64,000 nt of DNA from Octopus sinensis (GCF_006345805.1 NC_042999.1:147250001-147314000); one strand, 5' to 3'; positions 38,890-50,952 are shown, counted from the first letter of the stretch. Program-made: numbers and translations. Notes: generated from the letters alone by a model not told the origin.

Positions 38890-40250
38890 CATGGAGAGCT
38901 ACGGAAAAGCCACAGCAGTAGGAGTAGCTCGGCTGTTGGATCTGAAACAGATAAATGTAAATATGGAGGAGATACTAAGAAGAGAACTGTATATATGGAA
39001 GGAAGGAGACGCAGTGACTTGGCCTCTCCGGAAGAGACGGTCGAGGATAAGAGTGATAGGACGGTGGTATACCGCACGCAAGATGTGGCCGCCACTAAAA
39101 TTGAAATCCTATCGGAAAATAACGTGGAGGAGTGTTTGGGACTCCTTATAAAAATGACAACTTTCGTTAACCGAGGAAAGAAATATGGTACGGTGGCGGT
39201 ATGGTTTGCCACAAAAGAAGAGGCAGCCTCACAATCCACCACTATTTTACGCAGTGAAAAAGTATCGCTGTTGCCGACGTGTACACATTCGCATTGGAAC
39301 GGTGCCACCAGAAATAAAACCAGGGTGGTTGGTAACAGCTGTTATGGTTACCACCGAGGATGGTCTCAAATTAGGGACAGTTAGAAAAAAGAGCTAATTA
39401 ACCGGCTTAGGGTACGGCGTCGAGATATGGGTTTTTTACCACATTCAAGGACATTGAAAGTATCTCCTACCAGATAGGGATTTGGGGAGAGAGTTCCCTC
39501 AATGTGATTGTTGAGGGACGTAGACTAAATTATTATGAGTGTGGAATATGAGGCCACATGAAGACGCAGTGCCCCAAGCACCACCCTCCTCAGAGTGAGA
39601 AGGCTGTGGAGAAGGACCAAAAAGCAGTGGAGTTTGGAGTAACAAATGATGCGATAACAGAAGGAGACAGCAGACGTGATATGGAGTGCGCCCAGAGATA
39701 CGGAAGAGGTGGAGTCGAAGAAAGACAGAACGAAAGCGGCAAGTGAGGAGAGTGACGGGTTTGTCAGCCCCAAAAGGAGGAAAAAGTCGAAAACAAGAGA
39801 AGACTCTGAAAGACCAGCAACAGAACCAGATAGGACACCCAAAGAAGATAAGGAACCACCTATATACAAACATATGCATACGATAGAAACAGAACCAAAA
39901 GTGCGAGAGTCAATAGAAGGACGGAACAGCACGGTTTTAAAAATAAGGTATTTGTAGTGTACTACAAAAAGAATGTAGACGTGGAAAGGAGGATTTCGAA
40001 TTGGAAAGGAATAACAAGGGTGAAAATAAACAGGGAGGATTTCAAGGAAGAACGAAAGTGTGTACTATTGAATGAGGATAGATACGACACGTTTATAAAA
40101 ACATATAGAAAGTATATAATTTCACTTTGTGGGCCGGTGTATTTTGATGCCCTACCACCCGTAATTCAATATAATGAGTTGAAAATTGAAAAAAAAATAT
40201 GAGCAATTATAAAACATGATGAAGATATGAATTTAAAAAGACAACTGTTC
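38890..40250 (+). pseudogene. Gag-like ORF1 relic (L1/Tx1-type) with a decayed CX2CX4HX4C knuckle; no ORF2 follows
   Basis: 39531-39575 reads (Y)YECGI*GHMKTQCP. Upstream: FVNRGKKYGTV.V.FATKEEA..RRVHIRIGTVPPEI. A charged low-complexity C-terminus follows. Confidence 0.6.
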
Positions 40251-40456
40251 AAAATAATGTCTAAATGTAACCACTCAACTTCGGGGATCGAGTAGTCGTT
40301 GCGCTTCATTTTAACATTTTCATATTTTCATTCGTTCTTTTTTGTTTTTCTTCTGTACTCAATTTCTTTCTGTATTTTTACTTCCCCGATTATGTGGCCT
40401 GTATTGTTTTGTATGTCCAATCTCTATTTATAGCCCCTTGTAGGTAATAAAAAATT

Positions 40457-40509
40457 GAGGACGTTGGTGTTGCCTTGGCGGAGGTTTGCGATCTCTGAGT
40501 GCACTTGTT
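40457..40509 (-). mobile_element. Terminal fragment of the AACAAG repeat at 11481
   Basis: AACAAGTGCACTCAGAGATCGCAAACCTCCGCCAAGGCAACACCAACGTCCTC. Confidence 0.75.
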
Positions 40510-41458
40510 AGATACTGGTTTTACTGTTTACGAGCGGCAAACATTGCAATGAGATTGTGTAATATCTGGTTGATACAATTCATATACTCTAGCTGTCAAC
40601 CGGAATTAGTCTCTCTAAAGGCACACAACATAACCAAGCTAGCAATTTTATGAATATTAGCAAACTCATTGCCAGTTGACTTTCCTTCCATGTTGCTCTT
40701 CAATTCAAGTTGGTGGAATATCACTAAATTATTCTACTTGTCTAAGTATATTCTATATACCCATGAAAATGAACAGTAAAAATATAGTAGTCGACGAAGA
40801 AGTGGCATGAAACCAGGGCGTAAATATAGATAACACGTAACTGAAATGTACTTTGTTAGTCACACGACAATATATACAAATCTTTGACGAATTACAGACA
40901 TATATTCATACAATATTTATGCCATCAAAAATAACATGATCAGAATAAACAATACGCGACAAGTAATTGAAGACAAAAATGATAGATTGGCAGACTAGTC
41001 GTTTTGCATTATTTATTGCGGTATATTGTCACTTTGTGATAAAACTCCTTGGGGATCGAATTTTCTTTAGAATAAATTGGAAGTACATCCTAGGGCAGTA
41101 TACAAACTGCTGACCAAATTGTGGCTCTGTCCCAATGAGGAATATTAGTTTAAACTGTGATATGATATATACTATATCTGTAAGTTTTACGTACATTGTA
41201 TAGTAAACAAACTCTCACTGGAACACTATTTCACGCAGATTTATCTATCTTTGTAATTATCAATCTCACTCTTCCCACTCTTCTATCTATCTACCTATCT
41301 ATCTATCTATCTATTTATCTACCGACCTCTATATATCTCGCTAGCTACCTATTTACCTACCTACCTACTTATCCACTTCCCAAACTACCTACCTACCTAA
41401 ATATGAATCAATCTGTACTCTTTATTTATATAGATTCTTTCGGTGGGAAATCTGATAT

Positions 41459-41487
41459 TACGTTTCGATCTGATTTGGTCTCATCAG
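41459..41487 (-). ncRNA. Minimal hammerhead-like core
   Basis: CTGATGA-GACC-AAATCA-GATC-GAAAC-GTA. Stem II has one mismatch and stem I is not evident. Confidence 0.5.
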
Positions 41488-41509
41488 GTACAAAAATCTC
41501 AGTCATTCA

Positions 41510-41860
41510 AATTTGAGCCGGTATATCAAGTTACAATACAGAAATCGGTGACAATAATATGTACTGATTCTTGGTTTGTTGTATGTCCCATCTTTTATAA
41601 CATATCAACTATAGATCTAATCATGATATAATATTTTATGGATCTTGATGGTATATAGTATTTTATGGCATATTTCTTAATAATATATTTCAGAATTATA
41701 TCTAACTTTTACAAGAAGAGGAGTTACTATGTCTTGGTAGACTTACCAGGCCCAAACATGGAAGATTTTGACATCGATCCTGTTGACCTTTATGAAATAT
41801 GTAGCTTACAAGAAGATTCTGAGTATTCTTGGAGTAATATTAATATGTTTTTATATAACT
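41510..41860 (+). pseudogene. Possible decayed Penelope GIY-YIG endonuclease
   Basis: VYQVTI..FYNIST..CSLQE(K)ILSIL, pieced together across frameshifts. Confidence 0.35.
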
Positions 41861-41898
41861 TGACATAAAAAATGTATATATATATATATATATATATA

Positions 41899-42156
41899 GG
41901 AGGGCAGCGGACTCGCGTTCGTAGGATCGCGGTTTCGATTCCCAGACCAGGCGTTGTGAGTGTTTATTGAGCGAAAACACCTAAAAGCTCCACAAGGCTC
42001 CGGCAGGGGGTGGTGATTCTGTCACCACTCTTTCTTCTGTTGGCCTGCTCGCTTAGCCAGCGGGGTGGCGTCATTCGAAGGCTAAAACAATGCGAACGCA
42101 TTGTGACCAGCGATGTGTAGCTACATCTGATGGACTGGTCGGTCACGTGATCACGT
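41899..42156 (+). mobile_element. SINE family C, 5'-clipped
   Basis: Homologous to 4737-5018. Confidence 0.85.
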
Positions 42157-42420
42157 AACATACATACATACATACATACATATATAGATGTAGCTAAATA
42201 ATTTTATAAGCATAAGGTAGATTGCTACTTCCAGTTTCACAAACATTCAGCCTTGTTCAAAGAGTTAAGAGCAAGTCATTGCAGCGGGAAAATTCCGTAT
42301 TGTCAATATGCATATATACATACACACTGACGCCCACACATACACTCACATACACAAATACATTTGCACCCCACTCCACCCCACATTATTGATATATATA
42401 TAAGATGACGATATTGCAGA

Positions 42421-42880
42421 TTTGTTAGCGCTACGAGCAAATTGCTTAGCGGCATTTCGTTCGTCTTCACGTTCTCAGTTCAAATTCCACCGAGTTCCAC
42501 TATGCCTTTCATCTCTTTTGTGGAGACGCGTGGCTCCAGATTGTCAGCATCATGATCGTAAGATTGTGGTTTCGATTTCTGGACCGGGCGACGCGTTCTA
42601 TTCTTGAGCAAAACACTTCATTTCAAGTTGCTGCAGTCCACTCACCTGGCAAAAATGCGTAACGTTGCGATGGACTGGCGTCCCGTCCAGCTGGGAAGCA
42701 CATACGCTATTGCAACCGGGAAACCGACCCATGAGCCTCGCTAGGCTTTAAAAGGGAACATTTATTTATTTATTTATTCATCTCTTTTGGAGTCGATAAA
42801 CTAAGTACCAGTCGAGCACTACAATCGATGTAATCGGCTAGTCCTCTCTCCGAAATTTCAGGCTTTGTTCCTTGATTATT
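42421..42880 (+). mobile_element. SINE family B split by a nested SINE family D
   Basis: The 5' part lies at 42421-42520 and the sequence resumes at 42777. Confidence 0.75.
42521..42776 (+). mobile_element. tRNA-derived SINE family D with (TTTA)n tail and 13-bp TSD
   Basis: B box GGTTTCGATTTC; core TTGAGCAAAACACTT..GCGATGGACTGGCGTCCCGTCCAG; TSD TTCATCTCTTTTG at 42508-42520 and 42777-42789. Confidence 0.85.
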
Positions 42881-42892
42881 ACTTATAAATAT

Positions 42893-43045
42893 AAGGCAGT
42901 GAGCTGGCAAAACAATTAACACGCTGGACAAAATGCTTAGCGCCATTTCTTCTGGTCCCACGTTCTGAGTCGATGTAGATTTTGAATTTCATTCATCGGT
43001 GTCATTGACATAAGTACCTGTTGAGCACTGGTATCTATTTAATTA
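42893..43045 (+). mobile_element. SINE family B
   Basis: AAGGCAGTGAGCTGGCA..AATGCTTAGC..CGTTCTGAG. Confidence 0.7.
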
Positions 43046-43667
43046 ATTATTCCCATTCCTTCAACCTTGAAGTTTTTGCTTATAGTAGTAATGATTGTGA
43101 ATGATGGAAATATGTAACTAAAAATATGATTCCTATACAACAATTAGAACGATGAAGAAAACGTAAAAAATAAATCGACTTTTTGACTAATGTATATTGC
43201 AGTTTTAGGTCGTTGAGTACATTAGACGTTAATGGAGCACTTATAATTATATGGGTGGGTGTGGTGTAGGAAGCATCTTCTTTAACTGAAAGGTTGATGG
43301 TAGTAAGAGTCTGTGTGTGTCAGAGGGATGTCAGTGGCTTCCTACAAATGAACTTTGATAAGACTGAAATTATGAAAAAAAAATCACAGAATAACGCGGA
43401 TAAAAAGAGGCATATAGGTACACACGCACAAACACACACGCTCACATACACGAGCGCACACACACAAGTATACACGCACATTCTTACACACACACACACA
43501 AACATATACATGTTTGCAGGCTTCTCCATAATGATATTCCAGCAGATATGTGTGTGTGTGTGTGTGTGATTCAAGATGTGTTCAAATCTTTTTTTGTCTT
43601 ATTAGGATTTTATTATGATCTTCGTGAAATCCATACAACGGTTTTACCCTTGTGAAAACTAGATTTT

Positions 43668-43713
43668 CCACACCTGAAGAAATTCGATATTAGACTGAAA
43701 TACGCCTGTGTGG
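43668..43713 (+). ncRNA. Decayed type I hammerhead-like motif
   Basis: Stem I CCACAC/GTGTGG closes CTGAAGA..GAAA-TACGCCT. Stems II and III are broken. Confidence 0.4.
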
Positions 43714-44044
43714 GTTGCCTAAAGCTCAGGTTGAGCGCTGCATTGGAAACACTTCATCCTTCTACCATCCCAGGACCTTATATATATATATATATATATT
43801 TATATACAAAGAAAGAGAGAGACAAAGAGGGACATACATATATCTATATATATATATATACATATATATGTATACAAATATATATGTGTGTGTATACACG
43901 CACAGACGTCTTTGCGTACATACGCAGTTGTACATGCGTATACTTACAATTACATGTAGAATATATATGATGGACTCTCCCGTCGGTTTCCACGTATATC
44001 TATATGTATATATGTATATATATGATATACACATGATGTATATG

Positions 44045-44107
<63 letters not shown>

Positions 44108-44619
44108 GATGTATATATGTAGCAAATTAAAAGAGTGCCTTTTCACCAGTGAAAACCTATGGCAAAATTAATGAAGGTCACAAAAATGATCAGTATTTGA
44201 GTGGCTTTGGAGTTAACATTTTCTTGCTGAATAAGCGGTGCTAGTCACCAACTTCCGTCACTTTCGTGACACTTCTTTTTCTTTCTCTCTTCCTTTCTTT
44301 CTCTCCCTCTCTCTGTATATATATAACAATTTAGGTAGGTGTTAAATAACCACCTAAGGGATATTAAATATCCGAAGAATTTACTGGGTCTTATGACTTA
44401 TATCAGTAAGAATGCTATGAACTAACGCTCTTAACGAATAGGTAAATAGAATAAACAGACAGTTTATCAATATATAAATTAGAAACGGAAACCAAAATAA
44501 TAAACTGAACAATTAAATTAATTAATCATTAATTGACAAATTCAATTCAATTTAATTATTTTATACAAACAAATAACACATCTCATAAATTTTTCAACTT
44601 ATTGTTTTGGTTTCCATTT

Positions 44620-44650
<31 letters not shown>

Positions 44651-44653
<3 letters not shown>

Positions 44654-44770
44654 GAAGAGCGTAGGCTCGAAACATAAAAGACCTTTTCTATCCTGAGCGC
44701 TATACTAATACATCTGTTTGTTTGTACACCACCTGCCTTCTTCTTTTGTTTATTTTCGTAAAATTTCCCT
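44651..44770 (+). mobile_element. Penelope pseudo-LTR-like repeat (HHR 3' half)
   Basis: TAGAAGAGCGTAGGCTCGAAACATAAAAGAC..CTAATACATCTG. Confidence 0.7.
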
Positions 44771-45827
44771 TTGTCCTGTTTTTCATTTTATTTCATTTGA
44801 TACATATATATATATATAATATAAGAAACCAAAAGTGTACGTACGCCGCTATATATATGTGTGTGTGTGTGTGCGCGCGCGTGTGTGCGTGTGCATGAAT
44901 ACGTGTGTGTATGTGTGTGTGTGCGTGTGTATAAGGCAACATGTGGAACGAGGACGGCCAGATTGGAGGAGTATTAAGAAACTGCAGAACTTCACTGATG
45001 ATAGAAACCTCTGAATGAACCGTCCTTGTTTTTTTTCCTGTCCTTCTATGTATCGTTTTACTGTCCGGATGTTTTGTTGTCGCCCGTTACGTTCTTGTTC
45101 CTTTTTTATATATACATATAGCGGCGTACGTACACATTTAGTCTCCCGTATATCACTATATATATATATATACAATATTTTATAATTATGAGTATAATTA
45201 TAATTAGGGTTCATCAAAAATTTGCTTTACCAAATACTGAACTTTAGAAATAGCAGCCAAAGTACCTTAGTTATTTCTTCTACTATAAGAAGAAACTCAA
45301 GAAGAAAATACAAAATGGGACAAGAATGCAAAACATCCGGACAGCTAGGTGATAAAATAAGGGACAACAAAACATCCAGATAGACGATACAAAAAACAAT
45401 GATGGGTCATTCGAAGCTTTCTATCCTCAGTCAAGAACCGGATCATCCTCGCAATTTCGGCTGATTAATCTTGAGATTGTTCCCATCTGGCCAGCGCCAA
45501 GGAAAAACTAAGCTAAGAGCATTAGATTCCTTGGAAGAAAGCAGCGAATGTATACAAAAAAAAGGACAGAAAAAGCAGACGATGTTACACAAATATAAAT
45601 ACAAATTACAATAAAAATTATAATGATAATAATAATAATAACAACAGGACATAACAACAGTTGTCTTTCGACTGGGGACGAACCGAATTCAGCTGGCGTG
45701 TGTGGATATGAATCCTTACGACAGAGATACAGAACTTTCGCAAGCACAGGGAAGAATATCTATGTGGCAGTGACCACGGTCAGACGCAAAAAGAGGCCTA
45801 GCAGTCTGGTCTGTCGGTCACGCGAGA

Positions 45828-45880
<53 letters not shown>

Positions 45881-45931
45881 GTAGAAGCAGATGAATAGAA
45901 AAACTAATGAATGGCCATAAAAAATGACAGG

Positions 45932-45967
<36 letters not shown>

Positions 45968-45970
<3 letters not shown>

Positions 45971-46280
45971 CCTTCGAAACACGCATGTAGTCGAGCCGGG
46001 GACAGCTGATGAAGGGGAACGTTCCGTGTGTTGTTTGTCCTGCGTTCTGTTTTTTCGTTGTCAAAAAAAGTCCGTTCCCTTGTTTTTATGTTTTCGTTTC
46101 TCGTTGAGTTCTACGTCTATTTGTGGTTTCCTGTACTCACATAAATATATTTATATATGCATGTATATATACATGTAGATGTAGGTACGTACATATATGT
46201 ATGTATGCATATATTTTATTTATTACATTATTGTATGACTGAGCACCCTCGCGTAGTTTCGTTTCGCTTCTTTCCTTTCT
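45968..46280 (+). repeat. Direct repeat copy 1 (about 313 bp) with a permuted HHR-like core
   Basis: High similarity to 47130-47450. Confidence 0.95.
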
Positions 46281-46302
46281 CCCAGTATGCTTTTATATAT
46301 AA

Positions 46303-46696
46303 CTAGCAGTATCGCCCGGCGTTGCTCGGGTTTGTAAGGGAAATAACCATATAGGCATTTTTAGAGAGTTATAGCCAAAAAATAGCAAAACAATGCATTA
46401 AAATGGAAAAAAAAATGATGGTAATTTTTTTTTAATCGTTGACTCATCGTAGACATTTTTAGAGAGTTACTTCCCTTATATAATAGCGAAAAAATCCATT
46501 AAAATGGAAAAAAATTATGGTAATTTTTTTAAAATCGTAGACTCATCGTAGACGCGCGCTAATACCCAGAAGGGCTCGATATGAATCACGACTATAAGAT
46601 ACCCGGCTTTGGTTAAACTGCACCGCAAAATGTGGGAGTAGTTAGGAATCTAAATCGTAGGAGACAGACACACAACTTCACTTTTATATATAAAGA
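46303..46696 (-). mobile_element. Non-autonomous Helitron
   Basis: Minus strand: A|TCTTTATATATAAAAG..AAACCCGAGCAACGCCGGGCGATACTGCTAG|T, i.e. 5' TC, 3' CCCG/CGGG hairpin plus CTAG, AT target, no TSD. Confidence 0.9.
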
Positions 46697-46784
46697 TTAT
46701 GACGCGAAACTCTGTAACCCTTTGCTTGACCTTTCCTTCCTTCCTGTCTGTCTCTCTCTTTACTTTTCCCTCTTTCTGGTTTCC

Positions 46785-46821
<37 letters not shown>

Positions 46822-47129
46822 ACTCCTCTTCATCTCCATCTCCCTCACGGCTGAGTCGACTTTACTTCCTTTTCACTCCAGCCTGCTTCAAGTCAAGACG
46901 ACTTATTCCTGCGCTCTGAATTTTTTTTCCTCGTTTTGTCCTGTTTTTATTCTTTATGTGTACTGTATTTTTCATATTTGCATTTTTATTTTGTATTCGT
47001 ATTTTTATTTGTATTGCTTTTACGTCCTGTTCTTGTCACATTTTTTCTTTCCTTGTTTTTAGCCCTCAGCAAGGGAATTTTATTTAATTCCCTTGCAGGA
47101 AGGACCGGTCCAACGAGCGTGTCCAGTCC

Positions 47130-47450
47130 TTACCTTCGAAACACGCATGGAGTTGAGCCGGGGACAGCTGATGAAGGGGAATGTTTCGTGTGTTGTTTGT
47201 CCTGCGTTCTGTTTTTTCGTTGTCAAAAAAGTCCGTTCCCTTGTTTTTATGTTTTCGTTTCTCGTTGAGTTCTACGTCTATTTGTGGTGTCCTGTACTCA
47301 CATATATATATTTATATATGCATGTATATATACATGTAGATGTAGGTACGTACATATATGTATGTATGTATGCATATATTTTATTTATTACATTATTGTA
47401 TGACTAAGCGCCCTCGCGTCGTTTCGTTTCGTTTCGTTTCTTTCCTTTCT
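47130..47450 (+). repeat. Direct repeat copy 2
   Basis: Matches 45968-46280. Confidence 0.95.
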
Positions 47451-47530
47451 AAAAATAACCCAACAATTGCTGCTTCGGCCAGGGTCAAGATACAGGACTC
47501 TTGACATGTCCAACAAAGCGTTATGCCTAA

Positions 47531-47646
47531 ACCAATCAGCTCAACCAACCAATCAGCTTAAGTAATTGAGTGATACTACACACTGATTGGTCAGAATACA
47601 GTTTGCAAAAACCTAGCACTCTGGAGCCTACCCAGCTGTATTTATA
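47531..47646 (+). promoter_or_regulatory. Putative Pol II promoter-like cluster (three CCAAT boxes and a TATA-like box)
   Basis: ACCAATCAGC at 47531 and about 47548, CTGATTGG at 47583, TATTTATA at 47639. Confidence 0.3.
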
Positions 47647-48400
47647 GCACAGAATCAATCATCTTGCTACAGTCAAAAATTGTGAGCATGACTGTCAACA
47701 CTACTACATGAACCCGAAGATTGCAGAATTCAATGCATGAAAGTACTAGTTCAATCAGAATGAATATTTAACATTCTACTATTTCATTTTATTTTATTCA
47801 ATTATAATATATTATCTTATAATATATCATTATAAGATTGTAAATAAAACGTGAAAATCAACAAGGTTGGAATTCTTTTTTATTAAATATTCTTCTATAC
47901 ACAATCACACACCCATATATATATATTCTATATATATATATATATAATCTGTACGACTCATTTACACTTTTACTCTTTCTTTTAGCTCCCTACACGCTTT
48001 CTTCTTTCTTTCCACTTTTCCCTCCTCTCGCTGCCCCTCTCCCACATATCTTGCCCTTTCTTTCATTCTCATCACTTTCCCTCTTTTATCACCCTTGTAC
48101 CTTTCTTTACGTTCCTTTCCTTTCTTGTCCTCTCCTTCTCGTCCTTCACTAATTCTTCAATCCCTCTGTCCTCTACCTCTCTCCTCTCCTTCAACTTGCC
48201 TAGTGTTCCGCCAAGCCTGACCTTTCTTTCGTGGTTCGACTTCCTTCTGTGTAGCATCTCTTATATTCCTTCTCATGCCTGCCATGCCTTTGTCCCTGCC
48301 GTAAGGCTTCACTCCACACAAGCGAGCATAATTTAATTCGCTTTTAGTCGAAAGTCACCTGTTGTTAATGTCTTGTTGTTTGTATTTGTAATATATATAT

Positions 48401-48735
48401 GACACCTTGGGCAAGTGTCTTCTACTATAGCCTTGGGCCGACCAAATCCTTGTGAGTGGATTTGGTAGACGGAAACTGAAAGAAGCCCGTCGTATATATG
48501 TATATATATATATATATGCGTGTGTGTTTGTGTGTCTGTGTTTGTCCCCCTAGCATTGCTTGACAACCGATGCTGGTGTGTTTATGTCCCCGTTACTTAG
48601 CGGTTCGGCAAAAGAGACCGATAGAATAAGTACTGGGCCTACAAAAGAATAAGTCCCAGGGGCCGAGTTGCTCGATTAAAGGCGGTGCTCCAGCATGGCC
48701 GCAGTCAAATGATTGAAACAAGTAAAAGAGTAAAA

Positions 48736-48736
<1 letters not shown>
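48401..48736 (+). mobile_element. SINE family A, 5'-truncated, intact 3' tail
   Basis: Ends GGCGGTGCTCCAGCATGGCCGCAGTCAAATGATTGAAACAAGTAAAAG. Confidence 0.9.
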
Positions 48737-48796
<60 letters not shown>

Positions 48797-50139
48797 GATG
48801 TAAACAGATATAAGCATACATTTTCTTATATAAATATAAATCCCTGTATCTATAGACACGCAAAAATATACATACGAACTCTTGTGTTAGTCTGCGTGTA
48901 CCTATGTGCGTTCTCGCATTACATATGAAGCATTACATATGAAGCACTGAGTGGCTATTGTTCAGATGATCTGTGTATTTTATCTTTCGCCATAGTTCCT
49001 CAAAGATGTATATCCTACCTGCGTATTCTCTGGTTTCTGCAACATGCTGCGCTATTACAAGTTTCAATAAATAATGTTGCAGAGTTGAAGCTAATTATGT
49101 ATTAGAAGTATGTTTTCTTTACTTCACAGTGTCGTTCATCTTTCCTCTCATAAACTAACATAAGTGTTCCGGAAAAGAAAGCACTTTCTACGCACAAACT
49201 GAAGCTGTCCGTTACTCTTTCATTGTCAGGTCATTGCTTCGTTATTACTGTTCTAGATATGCTTTCTTGTTTGTTTTTCAGTCTTATTCTGTTAGATACA
49301 TTTTTTCTCTTGTATCTCGAAAGTTATTCGTTATTCTACCAATTCTCATTCTTTCAATCTTTCCGTCCTGTGTTCAAATACGTGTTTATATTTCAGTTGG
49401 TTCTTTTCCACAAAAATCTGTCATATGGAACTTTCTGCCCCCTTATTTCTCTGATAAATACATTCTTAATTCTCGTAAATCCTGTATTGATTGCTTTATG
49501 ATGATTACGACTGTTTTACATTAGACTTTTTTCTTTCCTTTCCTTTCTCCACTCCCTACATAATAAGTGTTTGTTTGAAGCCTGTTCTTCTTTTATTCAC
49601 TGCTTGCTGACATATTAGGAGTGACTCCCAATATAAAATCCGTGATTCCTATAATTCTTTTTTTTACATATCTCCATCATAGCAATGTATTTACTTATTT
49701 CTCAGTCACATTCTTGGATGTTTCTCGTCGTTTCATTTACATTTCTTTATTGTCAATAAAAACTAAGACAGAGGATTAATTTCTAATTAGTATTTGAGTG
49801 TTTACCAACTCAGTTCGAAAGAAAATACATTTTGATGGCAAATATCCTACTTTGGCCATTTCATTTTTCCATTGTCATCCACAAGACTTAGAAAATATTT
49901 AAGTTGCTAATTATCTACTGAAACGTTTCATGATGTAAGTATCGATTTTCGTTCACGTCTCAACTATAAACGCTTCCAATTTGCTATCATTGATTTAGTC
50001 TTCCTTCAGTTATAATTATTTGTTCACTCATCACCGAGAGGACATGCAGACCTTTGGATTCGTCTGGAAATCAGAAATATGCAACATATTTCATAATGCA
50101 ACGAATTCCGTCCGCCAGCTTACTGCCTCAACACTTCTT

Positions 50140-50191
50140 CTTCATCATCATCATCATCATCATCATCATCGTCTTATTATTATTATTATTA

Positions 50192-50237
<46 letters not shown>

Positions 50238-50245
50238 GTTGTTGT
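50140..50245. repeat. (CAT)n(TAT)n(TGT)n
   Basis: Directly visible. It is the 3' tail or target of the adjacent LINE. Confidence 0.95.
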
Positions 50246-50945
50246 TCTTTTCTGTTGTAGCGAGTGCGCGAACTCTTCCCAGTACTGTATTGTGTTATTT
50301 TTTTTTCCAAAGGTTTGGTGATTTCTTTTGTGTCACGGAAAGTATTGTGTATTAAGTGTGTAATGCTTTGTTTTTTCTGGTTTACTGGTGGAAGTTTTTT
50401 TCACAGGGTGAATGTTGTATAGTGTGTCTGGTATTTGTGTGTTTTTTTGTTTAGGCTGTATTATTGGATTGATAGTGTCTTGCGTAGGAGGTGGGCTATT
50501 TCTAGTACGGCAATGTTTGGGACACTGTGTAGTGCTGAAAACCCAAGAATAGATTTAACCTATTTGTTCACGTTTGTTATCATGCCCAATGCTCCAATTA
50601 TTATTCGTATTGTTTTTTTCGACATGCTTCACGCTTTGAAATCTTCAATTTCGAGGTCTTTGTACTTTCAAAATTTCTCTACTTCTTTTTTTTTTTGACA
50701 ATATTTTGATAAGGTGAGACGGCAATATCTATCATGTACTTCTCAAGAATTTTAGTCACTTTTCCCAGGGCTCCGACAATTATCTATGATCCAGCATAGT
50801 TTGCTTCTTTCTAAATTAACACTGTATCTGGTTTCCTATTCTTTATCTCATGGTCGCACTGAATCATAAAATCCCATAGGATCTTTGCATTATCATTTTC
50901 GATTATGCCTTCGGGTTTATTAATAAGGGTTAATACCACTTATTT
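50246..50945 (-). pseudogene. R4/Dong-like LINE 3' fragments
   Basis: KWY..KPEGIIENDNAKILWDFMIQCDHEIKNRKPD (50945-50800); KYKDLEIE..IIIGALGMI..AHLLRKTLSIQ* (50700-50470); then a 3' UTR and (CAA)(TAA)n. Confidence 0.85.
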
Positions 50946-50952
50946 GCTGTCT

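Noticed and set aside
47980-48330. Purine-rich minus-strand ORF (48072..48257) as a LINE fragment
   Set aside because: Low-complexity sequence with no diagnostic motif.
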